A model generated the notes under the pieces. The model was not told the origin of the DNA, did no database searches, and worked only from the letters and a program-made list of their open reading frames with translations. A program made the position numbers and the translations under genes. Below are positions 11,841-24,600 of a stretch of 64,000 bases of DNA, one piece after another. The stretch is from positions 31,806,001-31,870,000 of the forward strand of contig OZ116703.1 of NCBI GenBank assembly GCA_964199315.1, written 5' to 3'. Numbering within the stretch: position 1 is the first letter of the stretch; each line of letters begins with the position of its first letter. This DNA is from Orbicella franksi (lineage: Eukaryota).

Positions 11841-12801
11841 GTAAGTGTATTTTATTTTACTGTAGCTGTGGGCTGCATTATGTTGCCAATGGCTCGCGCC
11901 TAGTCATAAGCTCACTTGCACGCTGTTTATCTTTTCAGCGTGCATAATGTCGATCGACCGGCGGATAAAAGCGCACTGGAGAGAAATTTTAAACAGCTGA
12001 TTTTTAGGTTATGCAAATGTGCATATGATTTCTCCTAGAACCTTGATACCTTCTGTTAAAGTTCTTGACAAAATGCACTCTTGCTCTCTGATGAAATTAA
12101 TGGGTCAAAGAAACTCTTAGAATTTCTCGGACAGATCGCAAGTTTCACGCCCGGACGCCAGATGCACAGATGTGTTGTCATCATTTTCAAGTGCGCAGTT
12201 CTGCGTCCGAACTTTTATTTCATCGGACTTAAGGCAGATATGTTGTAGTCGACGTTTTCTTCACATCCACGTTGGTTCGCAATTCTAGTTTAGGACATCG
12301 TTGTAGCAAACTCCTTCAATTCCAGGAAATGTTCATTTCCGATCGATCTCTCGCGGCGCATCTGTCAAACTGAACTTGTCACTGGCCTTGCTGCCATTTT
12401 CACAGACTCATTTGCTAGGCGGAAACTCTTCTTTGAACCAGCGTGTGCCTTTTTAGGAGACTTGGTTGAATTTTGTGCTGATATTAATTACACATGAGAG
12501 TTACGTAAGAAGAGCAATGTTTAGATTACTGTACCTTTGAGCTGCAGACAGTAATAGACGATACGGTTGACTAAGTTGAAAAGGTTCGTATGTTTTTAAG
12601 CTTAACTAATTGACAATTAGTCTAAAAACCCAAGTTTGCGAAAACAAGGGCAGTAGTCTAATTGTTTCAGTAGAAATTCTAAATTATCGCTGTCCAAAGC
12701 TACAATTTTATGTATTTTAACTGAAGATCAAGAATAATTGAGCCTTTCGAGAACATCCTGTTCTGAAACGTTGTTTTCTTTGCACCTTCGAGCATGACTG
12801 A

Positions 12802-13181
12802 GGCCCGGTTCATTTCTACCTGGTCGAATTCAATTCAACGAATTAAATGCGACAGAAATTCGACGTCTGAATCAGCTGCTGCATTTCTGCTGCAGGTTTG
12901 ACTGGTCTTGTCGCATTATCCAACAGAAATGTCAAATTTCTGCCATGTTGAATCTAATGCATACATTATGTTTATGTATTGAGTCCTTCGTCGCTCAGTA
13001 TTTTCGTCCGCCATACGGAATACTCTATGTTTAAAACATTTTCCGCCGGCTGACATACCTGACAGTATAAATTCTGACTTAAGTGCGACACAAGTGCGAC
13101 GTATGAATCCACAGTCGCATTTCTGCTGCACTTAATTGAATTGAATTCGACACGGCAGAAATGCGACGTATTTACTGGGCC
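12802..13181. mobile_element. PIF/Harbinger-type MITE
   Basis: GGCCC...GGGCC termini, identical TGA flanks (12799-12801 and 13182-13184) and long imperfect inverted repeats (gtcgaattcaattcaa versus ttgaattgaattcgac). Confidence 0.65.
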
Positions 13182-14970
13182 TGAGTCCTATTGCAGAACA
13201 GCTTACAATAGGAGAGCCAATCAGAGCTGTAGATTTCAACCAGAAAACATGAAAAGTAGAAGCAAACAGCCACGATTTTCAATGTGGGTTGAAAAAGTGC
13301 AAGATCACGAGCTGTGGTCCCTTTGACAGATCTGTATAGCACCCTGTAGTGTGTGAGCAGGCTCTTGTTCAAAGGCGAAGCTGCTAGAGATGAGGTGGGG
13401 AGCCAGCATGAATTAGAACCTACCTAGATGCTATTGTTTTCAGAATGCAGCCTCTCCAAAGGTGTCAAGATTTTGACAACTGGTTACCTGAATGTGTCAA
13501 ATTTACCAGCCAATAGAAAATGAGCCAAACATCAACAAATAGAGCAGTAAGTTGCATGTTGATGCGTTTAGTTCATATCACATCTATGGATCTTTGCTAT
13601 GGATCATGGGTTAACACCGAGGAAAGTTGCAAATATTGAGGTACGGGACTGGAAGTTCTGGTCAACAGAACTTACTTGAAGTATCGAATCATGATAGAAC
13701 CAGTGGAGAATTATTGGTGGCAATGTGAGAACTGAATAGGAATACAAACCATAAATCAGCTGGTGTGTCTAGTAGAGTTTATAATTGAGTGCTAAAAATA
13801 AGGAACTTATTCAGGCTTTTTAACAACTTAAGATAACAAAGTGCAGTGAAAGGCAATACAGAGGTTTTTAAAAACAGCTCTCTTACTCAAAGTATGTGTC
13901 AGGTGCCAACCATAATGTCAACACTGAAAGGGAGTCCTTGAAATGGAACAAGTGTCATAAACCAACGAAATGTGAAAGAAAGTCTTTCAGAAGTTTCTCA
14001 CCACAGAATTCCAGAGCCAATGATTTGAGCTTCTAGGCCCCTTGTCAGCTCCCTTCACATCATGGCTTCACCTAGCAATTGCTTTTCCCTGTTCGTGCTT
14101 TAGATCGACTAGGTTATTTGGGTTGACCAAAAGGTCAGTTTTCTCAAAGATTTTGTAAAGCTTTGGGAAAAAGAAGCTCAAATTTGGATTTTGAATGCCA
14201 TGTTTGTGTTTGATTATCGCCAATGCTGGTTTTGTGATAATAATAATAGGACCTGTTGTTTTCCACCAATCAGAATGCTGTATCCGTGGGAGATGCCAGA
14301 GATCGCTCTGTATTTGGAAAACAGTGGAGTCTGTGCAGGCTCTGATTTTTGTGCCAGGCTCCTTGCCGGCTCATTCGTTTGCCAACTTGTCTCCTGCAAC
14401 TCCACTTTTGCTCCTTTGCCCCTGATGAGCTTGCAACTGACTCTCCTTATCAGAAAGTTTTGAAAAATCCAAAAGAACTGAATGATGTTCAATGCATTAA
14501 CTGTATGTAACTTGAGGCAAACCCTAAGAGACGTTATGCTTGCTCATTCAAATACATGTCTCTCGCTTAAATGGAGCTTTCTTGCCAGGTTTAAAGTCAA
14601 CAGAGTAATAATTTTATAGCATGTAACTTCATAAAATTGCAATAACCAGTAAAAAGCTTTCATTTTCTAACGTAAGGTGAATATCAATTTTTGTTGCTAG
14701 AATTTTATTCTTAAGAAGAGGGGGCAGGGAATTATTGAAGTTTGTAAAAAATTATCCTTGTACTATCTAAATGTTGTATTATTATTTTATAGTCTCCTTA
14801 ATTTGAGTGGTTAACTGCAGCTATTTTTATATAACTGTTAACACAAAGTTTTTTAAATTATTAATAATGGAACATAATATTTGTGAAACTGAAAATCTAC
14901 AGTGCGCAGTTAATCAGTGTCTGTAAAGCGAGGTTGGTGTAGCTTGATGTGGCTTCCTCTCTAAATATAC

Positions 14971-15009
<39 letters not shown>

Positions 15010-15011
15010 TT
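14971..15011. repeat. (TTTA)n microsatellite
   Basis: About ten perfect TTTA units. Confidence 0.95.
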
Positions 15012-15671
15012 GTCCCTTGAATCACAGAAAAAGTATAGTCCTTATTGACTGGTGTCTGTAATAAGCAGGCCAATACAAGAGAGAATATATTGAGTGTTTG
15101 ACAGGGACAAGACGAATTGTCTATAATAAGCAGGAGTGAATTTAAGGTCGGAGTGGGTGGTAGACTGGGTGGAAGACTGGGTCACTAGCTATTCTCCTTT
15201 TGGAGAAGCTAAAAATAAAAAGATTGTGAATATTATGGCAAACATAAATGAAAACACTTAAATTTACAGGTGCATCATTGTAATTTCTATTTTGTGACAT
15301 TCCAGGTATTTTTAGTGCAACAGTTGTCAAATAGGTTTCAATTCTCAACTTACAACATTGATTTTTGGGGCACGCCCCATTGATTCTGCAACCCTAAGGT
15401 ACTAGCCCGCCCCCACCCCTCCGAAAAAAACCAGGGTCTACCCCTTTGCAAGTGGGTTTTTGTATTAAACAGGCCATTGTATAACAGAGTTCCACTGCAC
15501 TCTAAAATATCAAGTATGGGTACTTAAACGGACCTTGTTAAATTTTAATGTCATGGGATGGCACGCAATAAGTTAAGGATATAAAAATGCAATGTCGTGT
15601 TACATTTACCTGTGACTTTTTTTGTTTTATACAGGAAGTGGAATATTTGCCGGGCTCAGGCTTGTGCTTCC

Positions 15672-18600
15672 ATGGCGGAGGTGAATGTCTTGCTTTCTTG
15701 TGGAAATGACGACAAGACACTGAAGATTCAAAGGGACTGTACCTTTGATGAATTTAGGACACAAGTGAAGTCTCTCTTTCCTCATTTACCAGAGGTTAGT
15801 TCGTTTGAAACATTCTAACAGCAGGGATCCATAGTGGTTTTTTCTCCAAGTCGTCAGCTGGGTATGTATGTCAGGTGACATACTTGCCCTGGCAAACTTT
15901 TACTTGCCTGCTCAATAGGGAAGAATGGCAACAGAACAGCATGTAAATGGAAAGGTTATTTATTTATTATTTTCATGTGACCAGTCTCCCAGTATATCAT
16001 GTCCGTAGTGAGGCTGTCGGTGGACACAGAAAATCCTGGTACGAATGAAAACCAAGGCTTCTTTGACTGCCATGAAGGCTGAAAGGAATGCTCTTGCTCT
16101 TCCTTCTCTTGTTTGGCTTCTTTTTTTCTGAAGTGTTACCATTACTAAATGACATATCCTGATCAAAACAGCTGATGCAATTGCGCCATATGTTTTTGCA
16201 GATTCAGTACAGAGCATTAGCGGTTGACAAAATGAAAATTGTTAATGTAAATGTAAATTATGTGCACTTTACTGTACATCATATTTTCAACTCTCTTTTA
16301 GGTTTTTTGGAAATGTGGTAAAACATGCATGGTCTCTTGTGTTTGAGATATTACTTATTTAGAGGATACAATATCAAAATCTATTATTAAGTATCATACA
16401 ATCATGTAGTCTGGATAAGTATTGGTAATCATACGGTTTTCTTGTTCAGTTTGAAATTAATTTGCCCTGTTACTTTGGTGAGTGCAATTTCAGTTTTTTG
16501 AAAAACTCACAAGTGCAGATCAATTCCAAGTTGAACTAGAGAAACCGTATGATTACTTATTAATAACATAAACATGAAAAAATTTGCGTGTTGGAAGTGC
16601 TGGAAGATCTTTTTTGAAGCCATTTTTTCTCATTCGTGAAAACTTCTTTCAAAGTTTCTGCCCAAAATTTTCGTCATCATTTTACGTGATATCATTAGCT
16701 TGGAAAATTTCCTATTGTCTTTCAGCCAATCATAATCCAGGATTACGATGTGTAATTTGTACTGGTGTTACACTTTTTGCACTGATGTTACACTTGAACT
16801 GCACTGCTCTCATCCAATCAGAATCGAGTAATTTTTTCATGTGCATATTATTAGGGCTGTAATACAAATTCTTGTGTACATGTATGCATGTGCTTCGACA
16901 TGTATACTTTTTGGGACATGCATCTATTGAGTGATTATTGTGTATAAATTTATGTAGGTTCCCAAAGCATATAACTGCCCTTTCACACTCTAGATATCTT
17001 CCTGTTTTGTTTCTTTTTTTAGCATTTTACTATTAGTGATGGAGATTTCAATGAACTGGACACGGGAAATTTTCATCAAGTTAAAAACAGCAGACTTGAA
17101 ACGTGGTGTCTGGTGAGAAATAATTACATTTTCCTTTAATTTATTGCAATCATGTAGAAAATTATCTAGCTGAACAATTTTTTGGACTTCACAGCTGGTG
17201 AAAGTATGTTTAAGTTAACATTAAGGTGCCTGTAACATTTTTATTTGTGAAAGGCTCCGCATCATTTTTGTTTAACTTCTTTAATGTGTGAGTTTACAGC
17301 ACAGGTTGGGCCCTAGTTCCTAGTTCTGTATGGTGGTGGTAAGGCTAAATGGTTAGTGTGTTGGACTCGCAATTCACCAGTCCAGGGTTTGAGTCCCACT
17401 CTGACCACTACTTGTATTTGTTTCGCAGCAGCCCTGAGTTCAAATCCTTGGCCACACTTGTAAATAGCCAACTGGTTCACCTTTGGCCAGTTGCGATTCT
17501 CACACTGTAACAATGTTATCCTCAGTTTGAATGATTTGTTTCATTTGTTTGCTCAGCCCCACTAGCCTTTATGTGATAAACACCATAAAGGTTATTATTA
17601 CTATTAGCTCCAGTTTAGTGAAGATCTTGTCTCAAATTAATTGCCTTAAACCACAGTTTTCAACTGGAGCTGAACACATGAATTCAGGGCTTGGAATAAA
17701 ACCACAGCAAGTTCTACCCTTTGTAAAAGTCTCACAGATGTGACTACAAGAATTAGCTTTTGCTGTACGCTGAAGTAAATTATAAATTTGTATTGTACCA
17801 TCCATTCTCAGGTACGTGGCTCGAAGCAAGATGCCGTCAAACTGGACAAGCCGCATTCTGAATTGATGCGCTATGATGTGCACCCAAATGCACTCACTCA
17901 AAGTGGCAACTACCATTTTAGTGGTAAGGAATAGTTTGCTCTCACGGGGCTTGAAAAAAGTGCTGTCCAGTCGTCAGGGACGGGTAGATTTTCCCGGTGG
18001 GCAAGTAACTTTTCATTCTCACTTGACTGATGGGCAAGGGCCCAGGCAAGTCGTCTGCCAACTAAATCGATAAAGAGCAAACTAAGGCTTGCCCAGGGCA
18101 AGCAAAATTTGAGAACTACTTGTCCAAAGGGAAAGCTGGAAATCAAGATTTCTACAAGCCTTGTGTAATTACCAGTGAAATTAGTTGCTAATAAAGCGAT
18201 AGTGCTAATAAGGATGGCCAGCTCCAAGTAACTCCTGTTCCTATAACATGATACTGTAAGTTACTCTTTGCACCCATTCACAGCATATGTAATTTGTAAG
18301 TTTTTTGATACCTTCCGGTACAACAGGATTGAATTGTGCACTGTGAGAGTAAGGTGTCTTGCACAGTCTGGGCACAATCCAGGGACATAAATGGCTTAAA
18401 ACACCAGAATCTTTATGTACTTGCTCATCAAGTTTTCCTTTCCTTCCAACTCACTAGACAACTTTTCATTGTAGTTCATAGAAGTTGAAATGGTGACTGT
18501 CGCACACAATAATTTCTTTCCGGGATGTAGCCAAGATCTGGCTACTGGTTAATTTCACCAGCTGATGGGAGTGGTTGTAATCACCAGCTGAAATTTCACT

Positions 18601-21600
18601 CTAAAACAAACACCTAGGGAAATTATCAAGTTTCACAGACTTAATTTTTCTTACAATGGCATCATGAGATTGTTGTGTTAAATTTGTGTATTTTTCAACA
18701 TTGTCCTTGTTGATGCAGAGGTTATCTAGTATTTTTTCCTTTCTTACTTTTACATGTACACATAATTCCCATCCATGGAGTGTTATCTTTTTTTCTGTTT
18801 GCAGCCAGTTATCAAGCATTTTGTGAGTTTATTGACAACAGCATACAAGCCACAAGTACAAACAACTGCCGTGACATGGAAAGAACGATAGACATACACA
18901 TCTTCCTTAGAGATGTAAGGCATACATGTAGCATTTCTCAATTTTAAGGAGGAATACATGTAATTGAATGTTAATCTTGATACATTTAAAAATGGAATTG
19001 ATTGCATGGCTGTATAGTCTAAAATTAATAATTCTTGGTAGATATGATTTTAATCTACCAACTGAAGGTTAATTTACCATGGCCACTTTTTCTCTTATTC
19101 ACCTTCATGAACATTATCCTAGCAGTATGTGTATTACCTCTTACTGACTGAGTGGTCCATACTATAAGTTACATGTACGGACCACATTTTTCCCTTAAGT
19201 TGATTTATAGCCGAAGCGCAAAGCATACAGGTCATAAATCAATGGAAGAAAAACAAGGATCTGTAAGTGAGTAAGTAAGTTAGTAAGATATTTATGATAT
19301 CTCTACTTGGTGTCTGATGAGTTTGGGAAACAATTTCTATTCATGTGGGATGTCTTCAAATGACTCTGTGGATGTACAACAACTCAAAATTGTAAAGTCA
19401 TTAAAAAAACAAAAATTCTAAATTTTTATTTGCCTTGAAAGTTAAGAACACTCAAGGCATTAAATTACAAGACATTTTAGTTACAAAAATAGCTTTAAAT
19501 TTTAGTGGGTCATAAGTAGAGCTCATCCAGCCAAATTGACCAATCACAGTGTGTGGAGTTGATGAGAGATACAACAATTTAAAGTAAATCAAGTCCTGCT
19601 GTTTATAACATATGTTTTGTTTTGTCTTTTTTCCTAGAAATTAGTGGCTATATTTGACAACGGAGAAGGTATGACGTATGAGGGACTAAAAGCCTTTGCC
19701 ACTTACTTTTTATCACAAGCTGATCGTGGCCTGGAAAAAGAGGAGGTAGATCTTATACCTGCATATTTGGATGGTGCTATATCCAAGTTTGGTGTGGGAG
19801 CTACACAAGCAGTAAGTGTTGTGACACAGTCACCTGACAGTGTGTGTTTGACAATATAATCCATGTAAGGGATGGACCATTATTTTTTTGAGTGGGGAGG
19901 GGCAGGGGCTGGGCAATTTTTTGGGAGCATAATTTTTTTTCCCACCTGTAGGTTGTGCATGTTTTTTTTGGTTGACAGTGGCTTGTGCAACAATTTTTCC
20001 TAACATCAAAAATCAAAATAATGGTGCCCAGTAGAAAGTACTTGCTCAGTGTTTTCCCCATGGCTCCACTTGCACAATTTTTTTCAGCAATTTTTGCTGT
20101 GCAGGAATCTTGTTTTGAAATCGCCCAATCCCCTCCCTCTCAAAAACTTAATGGTCTGTCCCTAATAAAGAGAAACTGTGTGTAGATGATAAAAATTGTT
20201 GTGAAGCCAATCTGACTGAGGATGCAGAAGGTGCTGTCCACCCATTTCCGATTCCAGGTGTTTGGTTGGTCGAGGAGCAGCTCAAAGAATTGTGTGGGAA
20301 AAATAGGAGAGGACTCTTGGGCAATCGATTGCCTGGAATGTCCAGGGTAGTCCATCTGCTGCACAGAGTGTACCTTAATGACGTCTTAATGGCCAGCTGA
20401 TCAAACATTACGTGTAATGTAAAGTGAAGGAATAGAATGCTATTGATGATTTGCTTTGGCAGGATTTTGAAGCCTGCAGTGGATGGTAACTCACAAAATA
20501 AGTTTTTGACTGAATCCATCATTCCATCACTTACATCTACATGTAGTCAACACTGTTCATACTTGGTTTGACAATCATGTCAGACCCCAGTATTTCTTGC
20601 CTTGAAATCAACTTTGTTTACATTGACCCAGACCATTGCTTCTGTTCCAGGGCTTCTACCTTGGTGACCGTATTAAAGTTATTACCAAGAGGGAGGAATG
20701 CCCATATGTGACTGAAATTGCGATATCCAAGGTAAAGTGATCTCTCATTTATAGGACAGAGTTTTATGTTGAGGTATTCCTATTTTGTACACTTTGAACT
20801 AGAAGTTGTCAGTAGTTTTTAACCTGGAGTTTGCATCTTACAGACTTACTGAAAGAAATTTATCTCCATTCAGAAGCAGGGGAGATGTAGGAGGAAGGGA
20901 GCTAACTGGCAAGGGTTTCACCTTAGACTCCCTTTTCAATGCTTGCTTTAACACAAACTTACTGAAAGCTCTGATTACCTAGTATGTCATTATTCATGTC
21001 TTGTTACGTGTCCTGATAGGAAAAGCTTCAAGAACGAGCAAAGGAAGGCAAGCCTGTATTTGAGGACTACAGATGGATAAGAAATCCCAGTGACACATCC
21101 ACATTGCAACCAGGAGAAGAAGAGAGATGTCTGAAAGATATTGTGAGAATTACAGACTTTTATGTATGGCAGGGGTGGGGTCCTAACTAACATATCTCGT
21201 AGAAATGGTAAAATCCTTAAATTCAAGCACAGGACAAGTCCTTGAGGATTTCAGGTGGCTTATACATGTACAACAAGAAAAATAACATTGAAAACGAGAC
21301 TTATTAAAATAATACTAAGCCATCGAGACGTTTAGTCATTTGGTAGCTGTTACTTAGGTAGTCAAACAACGCTTTTTGGCGTAAACCCGATCCGCCTTCC
21401 TGTGCGCGGTTTAGCCAATAGGGAGAAGTGTTGGAAGACAAATTAACAATGGCGGCAGAGGAGACAAAGAGAAATGATAAAATGTAACGATGAGACAAAT
21501 GTTTTTTTGTTCACAGATTGAAAGGGAGGCGGCATTCTCACAATTCACCATGATTATTATCACCGGCATACGTGACATTCACATCAATTCCATCCGTGAG

Positions 21601-24600
21601 GATGGTGGAAGCAGTCTGGCCCGGAACCTCGCCCATGTCTACCACTTTTACTTGTTTGGTGAGCGTGGCCGTACAGGCAACATGAAGTTACCCGCCTTGA
21701 GTAACTCCAGAATCCCTGTAAGTATACTGTGGCCTGATGATCAATAGCCTAGTGAAAGAAATCTTCACAGTTATGAAGTACAGGTCACCAGACGTGATCT
21801 GTACTGCGCATCGTTGGGCTCCGTTTCAGTTTTATTGATACATTTTGATTTATATATGCCAAGATAAGTAGTTTTGGCAACAAAATGTTGCACCCACGAA
21901 AAAAAAAAAAAACCAGGTGTCATATTGCACCTCTACCTCCCCATAACGGAAAAAGGTCACCAAACCCGATCCGTACCGCGCTTCGTCGGTCTCTGTTTCT
22001 GTTAAGTTTCTGTGTTATTGATACATTTTGATTTATGTCTGCATAAATAAATAAACGTTTTTTTGACAAAAAAAGTTTGCCCCCCCGCCCCCCAAAAGAA
22101 ACAAAAACAATGGACAGGTGTGGTTTTACACCCCTACCCCCCCCCCCCCTTAACGGCGACCTCTCTACAACGGCCACCTTCCTCTGTCCCGGAGGTGGCC
22201 GTTGTGGAGAGGTTCCACTGTAACTGAGTTAATCTGTGTGCTTTCTTTGTGTTCAGATGGAGTTAGGAATGAGTTCTTTCCTGAAGGTGGATATCAGGCT
22301 GGTGATAGACGATGGGAGAAATTCCAACCAAAAGAATTTTTTTAATCTTCGTGAAATCGATGATGATCTGGAAAGTTTGTACCAGACCAGAGCTAAGGAA
22401 TGGTTCCCGTTTTCGTTGACAATGAAGGTTCCTGGTTTGGACCCTCATCAAACTGTCCAGGTATGTTTTTGATGACTGCTGTAAACTTAGAACGTAAGGA
22501 TTAACTGGCCAATCAGAAGAGGCGTAAATACTGCCATGGGCCAATGAAAATGTGAAGCCAAAACGTGCAACCCGCAGTAACCGCGGGAAACTCGCTTAAG
22601 CCAAGGCATTGCCTTCGCTTCTGATTGGTTGAGACAACAGCATGTACCGTGATTGCTTGGGTAGACCACGTGTTGAAAAAATTGTTAAAACCAGTCACGG
22701 GAGGCACATCAAGTTTGGTTAGGACTGACTCATTTGAAATTTCGCTTAAATCTTACCGAAACTTGGAATTCCTTTGAGACTGTATTTCCGTGTATTTTTC
22801 AGGGGGTATTGATGTATTTTCCTCATGAGGCGGGACACGAGACTCTTCCTCGGTCAACTGATCTTGAAGATGATGCACAAGAGCCTATATTTGAGTGTTT
22901 CTGGCAAGGAAGACTGGCTCCTCTCTCCTATGTTCACAAGTAAGGCGTTCATGTCGTGCCGTGCATGCCGATAAATCTGAAATAGGGAACTCTTTCAATT
23001 ATTTAAAAAAAAAAGATTGTTTACAGCAACCTGACCACTCTTTGCATCGGACTTCCAAGAAAAACCAAGAGCCAAGAAAATCCAAACCGCGATGGCCAAT
23101 AGTTAGCATCGATTTTTATTATTTTGTTTCTCCATTTTCTTCTCAGTTATAGTCCCTGTGCTCCTTCGTAAAATATTGGCTTACCACTCGAAAATGAAAT
23201 TCATATTTTGGCGTCGCCGTGTAGTTTCCTCTACATAACAACACTATTGTCTCCATAGGATGGAATTTTGCACTTCTCCAGCTCAACGATCAAAGAGGCA
23301 GAAAGATGTAGTGCCCGACAGCTGTTATCGCAGGCTCAAGGGAATTCTGTTCTTTAACAGACATACACCTGTCTCTAACAACAAACTGAAGATCCTGCTG
23401 GACGAGAGAAAGGACTTATCCAGTGCCCTGGAAGATGCGTCAACTGAAAGAAGACTGCCCCAGGAATTCAGATCATGGCTGGAAAAATGCCATCGAGAGC
23501 TGGATAAAGAGGTAGGTCTCAAACTACGCACGCAGCGATGTTTAAGCGTTGCGCCATGACTTTATTCTGCTGGCATGTTTCTTCTTTTACACAGTGTTTA
23601 TTGTATTCAGAACAGTATCCCAGTGATTGCAATAATTAATTAAGCTTATCACAATTCAACGTAAAATGTGCAGTCTGCAAAAACCGCAGGAAAACTCGTG
23701 CAAGCCAATTAACGCGGCTGGTGTTAGGACACTAGGGGACATGTTGAAGGGACATGAAGCGTAAGGACATGATGCAGCCATAGTTTTCCTTGTGTGACAT
23801 GTCCGTTTTTGTGAAAAGGTACTGTTGGGGGATAGACTTTTGTCCCCACAACACGAAGTTTAGCAAGTTTGTATTCGTGCGCCATGAAACAGGCCCAGTT
23901 GACCTCAGTTTTCAATGTGGCATCATGTACGCTGCTCTCGCAAACTGTCTCCGCTAGGACCCATTTTAATGCCTCAATCCGCTTCGTGTGCACCAGCTTG
24001 CTTACTATCCCTGCAACATGCGTCCTATGTGTACACACGAAGGCACTTGTCCCCGCTTCAAGTCTCCCCGAACTAGTGTGTCCCGAGCTTTATTTTTACG
24101 TGAAAAGAAAACTTTTTCCTCGGACTGATCAGGGCTTCTTTTCGACTGTCGATATAAAACGTTTGTTTTTAGTTCTTGATAGACTGGCCCGCCTATCCGC
24201 GGGCCCGTCTACTAGTAACTGTAAAAATGTAAATTGGAGAACGAAAATTAAGATTGAAAGATTGATAAAGCAGTCTTAAAAGAATATTTTTCTGTCGTCT
24301 TTCGTAGGTTAGCTTCGACTCTCCACTGCCAGCTTCTCAACAGCCGAGGTCAGGTGATGTGCTTCACAGCGTGTTACGTGTCACAACTAGTTCAGGAGTA
24401 CAAGTCTACAAAGTTTGTGATATTGTTAAACTGGACACCAAACCCATCATCTATGGCAAAGTCATGCACTTTGTAAAAGTCAGCAAGAAAAATGACGTAG
24501 ACAAGGTTGTTGTACAGCGACAACCAGAAGAGGTATGTAAAGACGAGACAGTAGGCGTTTTGTTAAATAGTTTCTACAGCAAACTACTCGCTTCTGTGAT

